A model generated the notes under the pieces. That model made no database searches, had not been told where the DNA came from, and saw only the letters and a program-made list of their open reading frames with translations. A DNA stretch of 64,000 bases from the NCBI GenBank assembly GCA_965285935.1, contig OZ260663.1:79608001-79672000 (forward strand), given 5' to 3'. A program made the position numbers and the translations under genes. Source of the DNA: Ophelia neglecta. Taxonomy: Eukaryota. The number at the start of each line of letters is the position of its first letter. Position 1 is the stretch's first letter. Of the stretch, positions 21,810 through 36,400 are shown in pieces.

Positions 21810-24800
21810 GAGGCGAAGCTGGCTGCTTATATAACACGGCATGGTGATGGCCGTCTAGGGAAATTATCCCTCTTCTCATAAAATCTTTCTGGGCCCTATT
21901 CGCAGTCCCTCGGACGCCTATGCGTATATTTCAATGCCCGTCCATAGGCCTACTCTTTGGAATCTCTCTAATTTGCACCCTCTCACATTTAGTGCCACCC
22001 TTGATTTCTAAAAGAAGCTACTGTTTTGCTGTCAACAGTTACCATAAAAGGAGTGATTACTTAATAGCAAGGCGTTGAGTCCAACAATAAAAAGACTAAA
22101 GCTCTGCACAAGCCCCATAAATATGCAGGGTGGGGGTAGCTGATATTCAAACGCAGTGATTTGAGATTTTGCTATTTCAACATAATCATTTCCTCCGATA
22201 TATTTGGGCAGTTCCACACTCATCGACCGTCTACGCTCCTTTTATTTGACGTTTGGTGAGCTTCTGTCGCTCCACAACCCAGAGTAATCATGGTACCGTT
22301 ATACGGCAATAAAAAGATGATTTTAGCACAACAACCCCTTTAAAAAAATTGGCTCGTTTTAATGACCGCCGAGTGGTGACAAACTCTCATATTTTTTCTT
22401 CACGTAGGTGTTAAATTATGAACAAAAGGTGTGACTATAAGATAAAGATACAAATCAAAATTGAATAGATTCCTCTTTGACTTAAGGTGTGCACAGAAAA
22501 TAAAATAGTATATATAAATGTACTACTGGTGGGGTTTGTTCATATTAGCATTACATTTTATCAATTCACAATAATTATTAGTGTTGTCAAAATTACCGTA
22601 CTTTAGAATTATATTGCATAACAATCCGAGCTTTACTTTATTCTTAACAAAACTGTCTATATGTTATAGTTGCATTTTACATTCTATTAGTTGTAGCAGA
22701 AGTGGGAATTCCCTAAAGATACTTTCGTAGATAAAAGGTGGTCTATATATTCAGCCTGGATTACATGTAATCTTCCCAGATGCCTATTTCACGTGACAGG
22801 CATATAAATACTGTCTAATAGGCATTGTATATGACTTCCGAGATGTCTTGAGGCGAAACCAAATCCCAAAATTCACATCAACGTGACGTTAGATGTACAA
22901 GTGGTGTGTACGAAACATGAAAAGAATGTCTGCTAATGTATCTACGACAACAAAGTTTGAACTATTGGCCCTCGTGCATCAGGCGTTATCTCGCATCTGA
23001 TCGCTGTTAATTGATTTTCAGCATGACCAACCACATATAATCTGCTGTACCACACCTTCGTCCCTAGTTGTAGCAGGCCAATCAGACATGTTGAATTCAT
23101 ATTCAAGTCTCTCTGGATCTCTGGAATTGAGGAAAGAGCACACAAGAGCGTGTTATAAATAACCTCCCCTTTGGTACTTAGGGAGTATGTTTCTGCTACC
23201 AGTATGTTATACGATACAGTTCAAGGACATTACAACAAATGTGGTCGCCTAATGTCCCCCCCCCCCTCCGCAGTATATTCACATTATTGTACTTGTTAAC
23301 TTATTGGAGGATATGGGACAAATCAAAATGTGTTCTAAGATGGGTGGTTTAAGAATGTTCATTAAATATAGAACGATATACCAAACCCCTCCTTGGCTTC
23401 CTAACCTCATTAATCATGATTTAATGTTTTAATATATCTATATTCTTTGGTTTACCTATATTGATATCATGTTGAACTATATATTATGTATTTAACCAGC
23501 TGCTTGGCTTATTACGAATTAGTTTACTTGGCAATGTTCACTTGAAAAAAAGTAATTATTTGATCACCACGAATGCGTAGATATATATATTAAGAATGTT
23601 TTTATTTATTTCTTATCAGCATAAGACCATACAGCAAAGTTAATAGTTCTGCACTTCCAGGGTTTTCGGAAATTATCGCTACCTTTACCACGGCGTAGAT
23701 TTCAGAACTGATTGATATGTACCGGTGAAGTTGTACAGTTTCAGCAACATGCGATTTTTCATGCTTTCATCTTGGCTTTGACGCACCTAGGTGACGCCTT
23801 GTTGAAACGTATACCAATCTAAGCATATGCAGGTGCTAAACATATAAACATACGGTACAGATCGCATTTCTACAGGCACCAGCAAGGAATCGAATATACT
23901 TTCGAGCAGCATTTTCGGTTTCCTATAACGCTAGAAAGGCGGCCCCTGTAATTTAGTTATGACTTGCAGCTATTAGTGACAAGAGAAGGCCAAAAGACGA
24001 CCACAAACGAAGATACAAGTCTAAGAAAGTATATGAATCAGCTTGCATCTGGACTTGTAATCGGGCAGGGTTTGACTGATAATATTGATCAATGTTTTGT
24101 AGGCTTCCTAATCTCGGCAAGGCGATTCCGACACTCGACTGATATTTCTGAGACACGTGGCTGTGAATAAATCAGAACATTTTAAAGTATTTGTTATCGT
24201 ACTATGATTTCTGTTATAGGCATATTTACAATATGGGACGGGGTTTGGTGTGTTTTAGGGGCTCAAACTCATATATCTTGAAGATTTGGGACCGAAGTAG
24301 TACTTTAATCATTATTTCACGTTCTCTGCGGGGTAGCGTTCTTTTAGGAACTGCATATGAATCGCACAAGGGTGATATTACCTCTTATAGTTAGTTAATG
24401 ATTTTAAGAACACTTTTTGCATTAATTTCATCCTTCTTGTCTTTTCTCATTATGAATGCAAAGAATGAAAAATAACCCTGTTTTAGTTTGACAAATTTAT
24501 GCTTGTTTGCATTTAAATTATCTTATCATAATATGGTTTTACCTTTTGTTGGTGGAATAAGATTTTTAAAGAAAAGGATACAGACGGTAGCATTCCATGT
24601 ACTGAGGCACTTCCCACGGACTGATTTGTATCGTTCACGCTAGCATATTTGTTTATGTTTGCTATTTTCAAAAAATCTAATCTCATTATCTAAAGACACC
24701 GCAGTGTGACTTACGTATCAGTGGAAAATCGATGCAATAATAGATAAGGACATATAAAGCAATGCTCACACGAGTGGATCAAACTGATAGCCGTTGCCTA

Positions 24801-27696
24801 TATGTATCCATTGCCATCAAGGCTGCCACTAAATCGACCCCTTGGTTTTGATTTACTGCCATTACAATGCAGCAAGATTGGCTGCGTGTTCTTGTCTGAG
24901 TCGTTTACTCCTAAGTAGTTTAACCTTATGGACTATCGCAGCATTGTGCCAAACACGTTCTTGCCGACCATGGATTTAATGTACTGGACGACTAATGTGC
25001 AAATGGATACACATATCGTGAATAAAATACCCACAATTTGCAATAATAGAAGGATATGGCCTGAGGCAAGGTGAAGATAAACTTGTGATGCTTTGTTGCA
25101 ATGGCAACCCTGGAAAATTGAAGTTGAATAATATTAGGGCGGTACTTTAAAACATTATTCATCAAATCAATGGAATTGGTATAGTCAGGAATATTATAGA
25201 AATTTGAATCAGAAAACATCAGCTGGATATATTCCGAAAGAAATTGTTGCTATTTTAAGACATTAATAAACCCTAAATATGGTATTGTTGTTAATGACAA
25301 ACTTATCTTCTTCGATTTCCCAAAGGCCGAAGATCTGACTCGTATGTCCGGTTCAACAAATGGCTTATTTAGCGTGCCGTGAAAATTTAATTGTCATTCA
25401 TTCCTGTATAAGGCGAAAATAGAAGATTTGCCCTATGTATAGATGTTCAATATAATATAATAAGAATTGACTAATTCTACGATTGTAAAACAAGGGCTCG
25501 ATTGCTCACACCTTTGTGTATCTAGGTGGGAAAAACCGCAAGCTTCATTCCCTGAACATGGAAATTAGGTCCTAATGAAACGTCATCATGATATACAGGC
25601 AACTCAGTGAACATGTGTTTGTTTCAAGAAGGTCCTTTGATGTGTACCTGAATAAGTTATGATGCATTTAATGTTAAAGAACTGGGAATTGATGCATGTC
25701 GGCCTTTAGCTTACGGTTCCAGAGGATTAATAAATTATTCTTGATCTTAACTGTTTTGATTTGTCTGCCGGGTACACACTAAGTTTTTCGTTCCTTCTTT
25801 GGCAATGTTCCATCATAGGATCCAGGTATCAACACATATTTACCTTTTTGAATGCACATTTGCTAGTCTTTTCAATAAATCAAACAAATACAATACAATT
25901 GAAATATTTTCCCGGCAAAGCAATAGTGTTCCATTTCACTGCCATATAAGTTAATCAGGCCATTTGGGGTATTTTGTATTCCCTGCCTTCAACCACGGTC
26001 GGCAAATCTCCTAGGAAGCAGAGCTTGTGGCATATTAATACGGCAGGTGGTTGAATCAAAGCAAAATTAGATCATGTTTGTTGCTTTCTGAAGTAATCTA
26101 TGCGGTTTGTTTAATATATATTCAGTCATTGATTCCCATTAGTTCTCATACCAAAGACACTTTAATATAACCTATTGTAGTGTATGCGGTCCCAAATATG
26201 TAGGTCAAACCATTCAACACCTTCATGGGCGATCCGGTTGTGATCGAATATATTCACAAACTATTTATTCCAGTCATTTTCCCTATTTTGTTCATAAATC
26301 AGTAGGGCCTATCTATACTCATTTTTATTGAGTCAGTTAAAGAGAGTTTATCCCGCACTTGAGTTAGGTGGCAAGTACAACGATATCTGAATTTGTAAGG
26401 GTATTATAGCTTTAGGTGTAAATAATTTGTTTATGATATAGATCGGGTAACTTAGAGTTTATTTATTACTCCTGACATTATTGGCTGGTCTGGGCTGGAT
26501 TTGCTTGCCATTTACTGGCACCAAAGATGCAAATGGGCCTCTACAAAAGCCTACCTCAGCAGGCTTGGTAGTTGGTAGTTGAGTTGGTACAGTGTCTTGA
26601 CGATTCGGGTACTGTTCTACATAGAAGGCCCAAAACAATTTTCCTACACTTCAACAAGTTGATGTAAAATACCGGCATGGATACTCTGCAGAAAAAGCAA
26701 AATTATTAGTGTTGCAACTAATGAAACTCATGAGGTAACAAAGAATGTTTGTATTTATACAATCAACTGGTAATGTAAGCTAACAACGAAAAGGCTTTCC
26801 TTTTACTTAATGAAGCTTTGAGGTCAACACATGTGCAATGCGCCTAGTTTGCACCTAGTCTTAAATAACTTCCCCATTGACTAGATGGCTTTTTCTTGTG
26901 GGACGAAAAGTGTTTCGCCAAGCATGTTGACCAATTGTGCTTATTGTTAGTGTTCGCAGATTTATATTTACGCTACCATAACAATGTTGCTAAAGGATGA
27001 GAAAATTCACTTAGAAAATCAATATCTACCACATATAGGTACAAAGCTGATTCATTTTTTGTTCAATAAGAAATACTTCAGACAATAAGTTAGTTCTGTT
27101 AAATCAATCACATCTTATAAATCATTTTCAGCACTAATATATACCACCGAAAACCCAGAGTGTTGTCATCTTTTGGATATATTGTTCTTATACAACTAGC
27201 TTTTAGATTCAAATTTGATTGTTTCCCTAAAAGCATAATCACCATTGCGACACAGCAATATTACGCGTGTAAACGTCGAGACTTGTTGCCTTTCTAGGAA
27301 TAGGTGTTTTTCATTTCCCTGTGACTTTAAAGAGGTACATAGCCCTAAACTGTACAAGTTACTGTACATTATAATGAATTCAACCAGTTAGGTAAATTTA
27401 TACATTAATAAAAAGCTGACTTACCTAATGAATTCTCATCGATTTCTAGTCCCATTAACATTTTTGGATTTTCGGCCGGGATTCATTGTTTTCGTTGTCA
27501 CCTGATATAATATTTTTGTGGAATCAGACTTATCAGACAACAACTAAGGGAGAAACATGTCATCCAAAGCAGCATCTGTTCAGTATTGTTAAAGTTGTGT
27601 TTTTCCCCCTCACAATAATTGCTCTCAGGGATAATGCGTTCTACATAATCATTAAAGATGACTTTGTTAGCTATAAATTCCAAACAGCATTACAAT

Positions 27697-27740
27697 AAAT
27701 ATCCCCCTCCATACCCGACAAATATCCCCCTCCGTACCCA
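27697..27740. repeat. Two tandem 23-bp copies
   Basis: aaatatccccctcc(a/g)taccc occurs twice. Confidence 0.8.
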
Positions 27741-29439
27741 ACTCTCCCGCAAAAAAATAAATAAATTGGTGTGTGGTATGAGTCTGGCCTTTTTCACTAA
27801 CTAAATAAAGTGCTTAACAACTACTCAAAACTTATCTAATTGCACATCTGCAAAGAGAGCGTAGTAATATAGTTGGTAAGATTGATCCGGCATAAATAGG
27901 CCAACTTGAAAAATATCTTACGCGCTGAGTCTCTGCACGTACACCTCATCCTCGTGTGTCCTATTACAGTCTTAGCGGGCGATGAGTAGCGCTTGTGGAC
28001 ACGAGTTGTTGTGAGACAGCTCTGTGAGTATTAAGCTTTGAAGAGAAATCTAGTTTTCTCAATATGGATGACTAGTTTTATGTAACCGTCGTGGCACTAG
28101 ATAGCTGTGTTCAGCAGACCGCCATAGCAAAATCTGGTTGGTCGATGTCTTATGTTGTTATGCATTCAACATAAGTAGTTTAATCCCCTAAGAGGACATA
28201 TGATAATCCCCTGTGCTGTGTGATTGAAACATGTCATCCACTGGTCATGTTTATATTGTCAGGTTTATTAATATAAGCAGATTCAATTTTTTTCAGACAT
28301 CAGTGCTACATTTATAGTGGAGTAGGAAACATGAAGAATCGTTGAAACATTCTTATAAACTCAGCATTTCTGAAAACATCATTAATAAGCATATTTTTAA
28401 AATCACTTGTTGGTCTCATTAAATTCCAATATGGCCGCCAATTTCAAGTTGGCCCTAATTTAACTAACCAAAAACAGGACGAATTTGTAAGATTCAGTTA
28501 TTTTAATGATAAATGCATAAAACAATTCAAGAAATACTCTTTTAATATGTAGTACTTTCCCCTTGCTTATACTATTTCACCATATTATAAACATGGCAAC
28601 GATTTAGCTGAATTAGAGCTTTGTGTGGCTATATTCATAATGCCATTATTTTGGGACATGTTTTTTCACTGTGATCCCCATAGTACTTCTTTGTCACTAA
28701 TCTGGCATTAACAACATACTGGCATCTTCAAAGAAAACATCTTGAATGATGTTTAGTATAATCATATGCCTTAGCAAAGTGTGTCATTTAATACATATAG
28801 GTTCCTTCCAGCCTAATTGTTCAGTAAGCTCTTTTTAATTCAAGGCCAAGCTCTCTTGAGCTTGCAATTATGTGTAGATAAGCGGCGAAGGCATATCTCT
28901 GATACAAGGGTTTGCTAAATAGTATTTGAATGTGGTACATGCATATTACTAGTAGCTGTCACCGAATCCTACGCTGGGTCACAGTAGAGTTACATAACAC
29001 CAGAATGCCCTTACATGGCAAAAATGTCAATTCAAACTCCTTCATTAAAACCATTTTGTGATTCTAATGATGTAATATACAATTTTCTTCTTTTTGTTAA
29101 GGTAGATAAATGAGGAAATTCAATCCATATTCTACATATGATATGGGAATATAGATTACGTAAGTAATAAATGAGATCACACGTTCTTGCAATTTCAAGC
29201 CTGCTTAGATCATAACTACTAATTTTATTTCTTCTGGTAACGACATAACATCTCCTAATTAGAGAAGACTAATGCAAACTGTTTTTAAACATACTCATCG
29301 CCCATCTCTCTGCCACTTCATATTGATGTACTTCCAGCGCAATAACAGAGGGATCAAATATCTCAAATATTCAATGATTTTTTCGTTGACCAGTCCCTGC
29401 TGGGCAGGAAATGATACCTTACCTGTTGTTATACGGGAA

Positions 29440-29860
29440 CCTTCCCGTCCTCCCCTTCTCTGGAAGCAAAACTTATTTCTACTATTGTTGAAAAGTGCGA
29501 GGACATCGCCTTTACATCAAAGCGGAATGATCAGGTATCCGCCGTACTAGGCAAAGAAGTCATCCTAACAATAGTATAGAGCAATAGTACTGTACTGTCA
29601 AAACTCTATTGGTCCATCATAAAACCTAGCATCGTGTATGGTCTTGAAATCGTTCATCTCTCAACAACCCATATTGTCCTGTTAAATCAGTTCATAGACA
29701 GAACGCAAATACAATATTCAAAATCTACCACGGCATATAAAGCAACGCAGTAACGCTAGCTCAATTGGGATGTCATACAATAGAGAACTATCTCGATTTG
29801 AGACGCCTACGGCTATTTCGAGACATCCTCGCACTTCCAACTAATGCGATTCCCCCAAAA
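29440..29860 (+). mobile_element. Degraded non-LTR retrotransposon ORF2 relic (post-RT/thumb region)
   Basis: Frameshifted peptides VEKCEDIAF, VLSKLYWSIIKPSIVYGLEI, IQNLP and TLAQLGCHTIENYLDLRRLRLFRDILALP resemble the LINE region after the RT core. Clade not assignable by eye. Confidence 0.7.
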
Positions 29861-30479
29861 CGGCCATTCACACACTTACCACCTGTGGCATTACTAGAAA
29901 ACACCCACAAGATAGCCCCTTATCAATAATGATAGAATATTATAAGTAGTTTTTCCTACTATACAGTGCGCAATTGAACATACAACGGATCAACACAGGG
30001 CAAAGATACAATGGACAAACACTCAACAAACATCATCCTGATACATAGAGAGGGAGTTTGGTAACGGTAATGCCTTATAGTAGGTAGGAGATGTAAAGAG
30101 ACCTGTGCCCCGAGTATACTGTTTTTTTAAAGTCCGTCATGGCTGAGACCGGAGTCGGATGCCGTGAGTGCAAGACACCGGGGCTATCGGTGTGCGGTGG
30201 CTACCCTTCTCACATTACTCTTACCTCATAATGCCCTGCTCATATTTTTGTATCCATTGAGTGCCTTACCGTTGTAATCATTGCTTCGGGTGTCACATTT
30301 AATTCATAGTTATGCCCCATCTTTTTTTTTTACTAATTTTTAAACCCTACTGTTTTAAAGATTAATAAAAATTAATGTCTTAAAACACTTAAATACATCT
30401 AATACACCCCTGGCTAGATAGATAATGTTCTTCCAAAGGAGGCCGCTGTGCAACTTTCCGTTCACATAGCTACTTTATT

Positions 30480-30630
30480 GAGTATCTCTTTATCCCAGTG
30501 TTTATTCCAGCTTCTTGTGTGTTTTGGAAAGTGGCTGAGGTGACACCAATTCATGTCAAAAAAAGGGTTCACGACTATGACAACTATTGCCCGATATCTC
30601 TTCCGCCGTGTCTTTCTTAAGTCTTGTCTT
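30480..30630 (+). mobile_element. CR1/L2-type RT N-terminal fragment
   Basis: WKVAEVTPIH..KKG..DYDNYCPISLPPCLS*VL matches the WKxAxVxPIHKKG..NYRPISLLPxLSKVLE motif, with a frameshift and a stop. Confidence 0.8.
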
Positions 30631-33392
30631 TAACCAATCATTTGGTAACCTAAAGGCCCGCAGCATTTTAGTCGAAATGCTTCGACTGTAAATCAATGCT
30701 ACAAAAATGTGAAATCATCCAAAAAAACTATAGTCGAGTGACGAAGTAATTGGCGTTTTCATTAATTTCACATTACTCTTGCTCAGTGTCGTCTGTCCTG
30801 TAGCTGTCTAAATTACCATTTGTTTCATAACCACTGTACTACGTCACCTCTCTGCCAATGTGTTTTAGAAAAAGAATCCCCATTTCATTACGTCTCCACT
30901 TGCCACTTGTACATTGCCACTATTTGTTATTCCTCTTGCTAGGCCCGCCTCGTCAAAAGACCATTATTGACTTTTACTTAAGGTTACCGTCAAGCCATAC
31001 TGTTTTGTAATATAGACCATCGACAAACATTTGCAGACATACAGATTGAAAGGTTTCTTCAACATATATAAAAGTGAAATTATCTTTACACATGGACGCA
31101 AGTCCCTTAACATACAACATACAGAGATTCGGGTTTAGCTGCAGCTTTGTCTGGTTCCCGTCATAAAAGCAAAGACGTTAGATATATAGCTGTTTTATCA
31201 CTTTAGCGCTAATTAGAGCATACAGTTCATACTAACTTTACCATGCATACCCTTATCTCGCTTATGAATAAGCTTTCACAAAAAAAATGCTTATTGAGGA
31301 TTAAATCAAAAGCTTTAGAAAAAAACAACTGCGTGATATGGAAACCTGCTATTAGAAATATAATAAATGAGAAAACAAACTCAACTGCACGAGTAATATG
31401 GTAAAGTAATGTTCTCTTATGGCATTATGTATTATTCCAATTGCGTCTGACTTATTGTGCCACATGTAAAATTGTTTCCTACTACAAACTATGTATTTAT
31501 TTACAAATGGATGAAATGCTACACTTAAATATACAAACTATACCTAAAGCAACTGAACGCTAATGGGATCATATGTAATAGTACGTTGGTCTATTATCAT
31601 TTTCTCCGGTGGGTAACGCTGCCCGATAAGGACAATGGCCTGCAAATCCGAGTATCGGTGAGTTCTCAGTGTGGTGCCATTACTAATTGGCCGACTGGTG
31701 GGTATATCTGTAATAAGTATGAACGTGTTTCGACATCATTTCCTATTTTGTATTTCCAATAGGTCAGATATTTACCTCATGCATTGTTCGCTTGTCAAAT
31801 ATAGTTGCCTATTATTAATGAGTTGTTTTTCTGACCATTATGTTCAGGCTCGCTCCCGATGTCACTGATACAAACATACAAAGGTGTAATTATCCCGTTG
31901 CTAACTCCATTGTTTTGGAGCAATGCTTGTTAACCCGGTATCACGAAGTACTCTGAACGGTCCGTCTATCAGAATAAGAAAGTATTGTGATGTAGCCGGG
32001 AAAGGATCTGAATTTATTCGGATAAACCAAAAAATAAACTTAAACCAAATTTCTAGCTAATAAACAAGGTTGAAAGAAAAGTTGAAACAAAAACGTTCTA
32101 TAAAAAACAGTTATATTGCATGATAGACTTACTTTAACCGCAACCGCAAGTCCATTCATCAATCAAAGTCTATTTGCCCTGTTTATTCAAGCAAGAATAG
32201 ACTGGCTGCGATTACATGATTAATAATTTCCTTGTATTATCTTTATCTATTAAGTGTGCTCAACTTATTATCACGTTATCCTCTGATTAGGCTCTCTTTC
32301 ATTTTCAACTAAAGTTGGTATTCCGAACCGCCTTACAGCAGCCTATCATGTGTTTTAACAAAACATGCCCGTTTTCGAAATGAATGTCCAGTTATTGATG
32401 TCACACCATTCTAAAGGATATTTCGGGTACATTGCAGATTATACAGCCTAGCATGGCCTCATATTTCAAAAAGATAATAATAGTACTAAGAGCTTCTTTC
32501 ATTATAGGGACTTTATCTCTTTGCACAATAGTTGTACTTTGGAAAAACCATACTTTTAAATTAAAGGATATTTAAAATAGTGAAAAAATCCACGACCATA
32601 AGACTAAGTCAATGTAAGGTTGCATTGAAGACATTTGGTCAGATTTCAGTAAGTGATAGATGACAATGGCTACCCACACATCATATCATTAAGTGTATCA
32701 AACGGATAAGTTATACTTCTTGCACAGCATCATTTATTAAAATGAGTTTATTTCATTTAAACCTTGAATTGACCAATAACATATCAGAGAAGACTGCTGC
32801 AGTTTACTGAACGGTATGGCGGAATACCAGATGTTTATTTGCCGAAGAATGGGTCTCAAAATAAGTTTTCTTAATAAACAATGTAGGCCTATATGTTTTT
32901 TTCTTTATATTCTGGTAGCTTTGGCACAAAGTTGCAGATATTGCTGTAGTAGGAAGCAACGCCTTGGAACAGCACATCAATCATTACCAGGCAAAAAGTT
33001 CTGACAGGCATAGCCTCTGTGGTTGCTTGCTGAGCTGGTCTCTGATAAGCTTCGTCAAGTCCAATAACTCTATCGGTGGGTAGGATCCTGTAGACCTTCA
33101 GCTAAAACGGGAACACTTGTGTTATTATGGTGTAAGGTATTTAACTAGTCCAGTGTAAGCCAAGTAAAAATGAGTCATTTAAATATGTTGTCAGCTATAA
33201 AACGCCTGTTTAATTGCCAATCGCCATGGACATGTAATAATGTTATTAATCCGAAAATTAACCTTTCCTTATAAGGGAAACTTGTCTGTTTATAATGCTG
33301 ACAGCTCAGATGGCTGAGTAGATTAAATGGGTTGAGTAATATTGCGTTTGTTTTACTAGGGGTAAAGGCATTCGAATCTAAACTCGTTGTTA

Positions 33393-33425
33393 GGCACGAT
33401 AGCCGAGTGGTGTAAGTGAGCTTGT
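33393..33425 (+). mobile_element. tRNA-derived SINE head fragment
   Basis: A-box-like TAGCCGAGTGGTGTAAG; no intact B box or body. Confidence 0.35.
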
Positions 33426-36400
33426 ATGGTTAGAAACCAGGTAAGGACCGAAATATTACTAGACGGTTCAGTAAAGTAGGCTATATTCGTCCTAGATTGG
33501 GGTTTAAGATATCAAATTGTAAGTTACATTAATATATTTATTACAATAAAAATATTTCTACGAAGAAATTATTCTTTCAATTCACGGAATGTGTCTATAA
33601 GAGGTGACGACGTTCCCGTTTTGTTTGTTTTTTTATTTTCTGTCAGGTTGAATACGGCATGTAAAGGCATAGGCCTAATCCAACCCCGAGTATATCATCA
33701 TGGTGCTGGACAGTATGGGGACAAAAAACATTTGAGCCTAGTGATAGTACCCCCTAAATATAGTCGACATGTGGGTCGGGTAGGGGGTTGGGACTCTGAA
33801 GTGTCAGCAAAATAAATATCAGGAAAGAATGTTGGTGCAAGCGGTGTTTTGCAGGTGGTGTGCAAATGTGCCAATCACCAAAGTCTCTGCCACCTTCACC
33901 AAAATGTTTACAAACTAAGCAAGAGTGATGAGCTGTTTGACAGAGAAAGGCCACGGTAATTTGAATAATATATACTTATATTAAGGTGAAATTGGCATCA
34001 AGGACAATGTTATTCAATTATCGACTCCCATGGAGTTAAATGATACACCCACAATTATTTGCATTAAAGACAAACCACGTTTATCGAATTCCTAGTGTAT
34101 CATCTTAGCTACGACGTCATTCTAATCAGGGTCTTAGTATATGTAATAAAAAGAATGCCACGGGTTGCACTTATAATGAGGGACCTAATAATAAATATAG
34201 TGACATGCTTGTCGTAGATGCGCTATGTACCTTGTACGGCTTGGAGAAGGAAATTTTATTACTTATGATTCACTTGTTGTACGAGACCGATTATTTACCA
34301 GCACGCTTGTAAACATGTCGTATTGCCAGAAGAATACTATTGGATTATTCACTTCAAGACTCGTTGCCTAACCCTGTGTGTTTTTCTAGGTAATAGACGT
34401 GAAAAAAATGTGGCGTTCAATGAGACCAAGCATCAAGTACCAAGCAAGATTGATGATAGTTTTCAACCACATTTAATATCGCGTTTTTCTAATCATTTTC
34501 TAATTTTTCTAAGACCGACTCACTCATAACGAAACGAAGATTGTGATTCGCATGCATTCGACACCATTTGAAGATATATCTACATCCTTATTGTGTTAGA
34601 TTCAATCAACCCAACGCTCAGCCTATTGTTTTGCGCTTTCACCTATCATTGTAAATAGCATAAAAAAGGTAGTCTTTATTGCAATTCGCAGCCCAGCTGA
34701 CAGATTTATGTCCTCTTTCGGACATTCACAAAAAAACCTATATATATTGAATGAGCGGTTTTTGTAATATCGGGGTTCGCCATACTCGAGGCTGCTATAA
34801 ATATGTGCAGTTAATAATGTTTCCAGCCTTTGGCATCATAAAATCGGATAGAGATATTGTATTTCGGCCCTATGATATGGCTTAAAAAGGCCCGTTTGCC
34901 ACCAGTTTGAAAGTCGATCATGCGCACCACCCCAATTGGCGATTTGATTTCGAGCTTTTCAACTCTGGATCAATGTTTCGTCTATCTCGTTTGATTACAT
35001 CATTTATATATATTTTAAATTAACCTGTATTCGTATTTTTGAATATTTTCACTTACTCGCCTCAGAGGAAATATTTATTTGTACTCTGATCAAAGGGAAT
35101 ACTGTATGTTTATTTGAAATCAACCTTGGATTCGTAAGATTGTTAGGACCCCTGGCTAAAAAGTCTAAGGATCTCATACCCATAAGATGACACGACCCGG
35201 AGACGTACGTGATATACCAGTGCAAAGCGACCGGACGACGCATTAAACCAGGATCGTCGGTCCGGATTCCTAACATACTTGGATTTCTATCCCTGCAGAC
35301 TTTAATTGCCAGTTTTAAGACCGGGGATTGCCGGGTTTGGGTAAACGTTAGTATCTGTAAGGTTTAATGATAGTAAATACAGTGCAACAGGAATGTACCT
35401 TCAAGTCAAGTTACTCCCAAATTTGGTACACGGGTTCCTCTAGATAACCGCTGTCTAGTTCGGTTTCGCTACGTAGACGCGTTAATGGCACTCACTGCAT
35501 TGAAGAGGAATCTGTGCAAGACGGGGGTATTCTCGATAATTAAGTTTAATCTAGTCACCATTATATTTTCATCAACAGTTTTCAGGTTTCTGGCGAGCTA
35601 ACGAAGTTTGATATTGTGTTATTGGGTATAAAGTAATAAGAAGTTTTTGTCCCAAGAATGGCGCTGCAGTTTAGAAGAATACATTTTCGGATTATTGGAT
35701 TTTAAGCCAAATCAGTAGGATTATGAAGGACAAAAGCCGGGAATTGCATGGTTTTACATTGACGAGCAATCTCGAACCAGAATAGAATATTGCCTTTCAT
35801 TGGCCAATTGAGTGAATTGTCTTCATCTCGCTTGTATACTGCAATCAAAAACGACTTATACTATCTCAATTGGTTTCATGCGGCCTGGTTCAATTTGATA
35901 TTTGCCAAACATAAGCAGTCCAATCAAAGTTATGTTCATCGTCCTAACAATATTGGGGTGACATCCTGCCTATGACTTGAACAAATTATGTTTCCCTGAA
36001 AAATATGGCTTAATCAAAGTTACGATGATTTAAATAGATCGAGATAATAATTCTAATGACAGATATGAGTGACTATATCCTGCCGAGCTCGAAAACTGGC
36101 TGTTCCTGTCGAACAAGATTATCAATGTGACTATTTCAGATGATAGCGTAAGGTTGCACATAACAAAAAATGAACTTGTATTTTCCTGTCTTAAAATGTG
36201 CAAATGTTATCCTATAATATTGTTTTCCCTAACTTATTGGCGCTCACCTGTTTATTATTAAGCCTATTTAATAAAATGTTATTGAGCGAGACAAGTTAAG
36301 AGTGTTTTGCTTAAATGTGTTATCAGACATGCAATGTGAGAGCTTTTAGTTAATTCCGCACAATGGATGTCTTCCTTTCATAATTCTCATGTTAACTGTG

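Larger units (their letters stand above)
17342..32020 (+). repeat. Copy B of the same tandem segmental duplication (expanded by unshared sequence)
   Basis: See copy A. Includes a 31-bp perfect match, GGTATGCGGTCAGCTGTGGCGGCGGAGATTA, at 10888-10918 and 17754-17784. Confidence 0.85.

Noticed and set aside
29422-29460. Minus-strand mini-exon reading KGRTGRFPYNN (SH3-like)
   Set aside because: Overlaps the plus-strand LINE relic and no other SH3 segments are nearby; likely coincidence.
31671-31868. ORF similar to the same frame at ~16226-16310 (VGISVISMNVFRHHFLF vs VGVSVINMNVFRPHFLF)
   Set aside because: Mismatches fall at all codon positions and there are frame-breaking indels; DNA-level paralogy explains the similarity.
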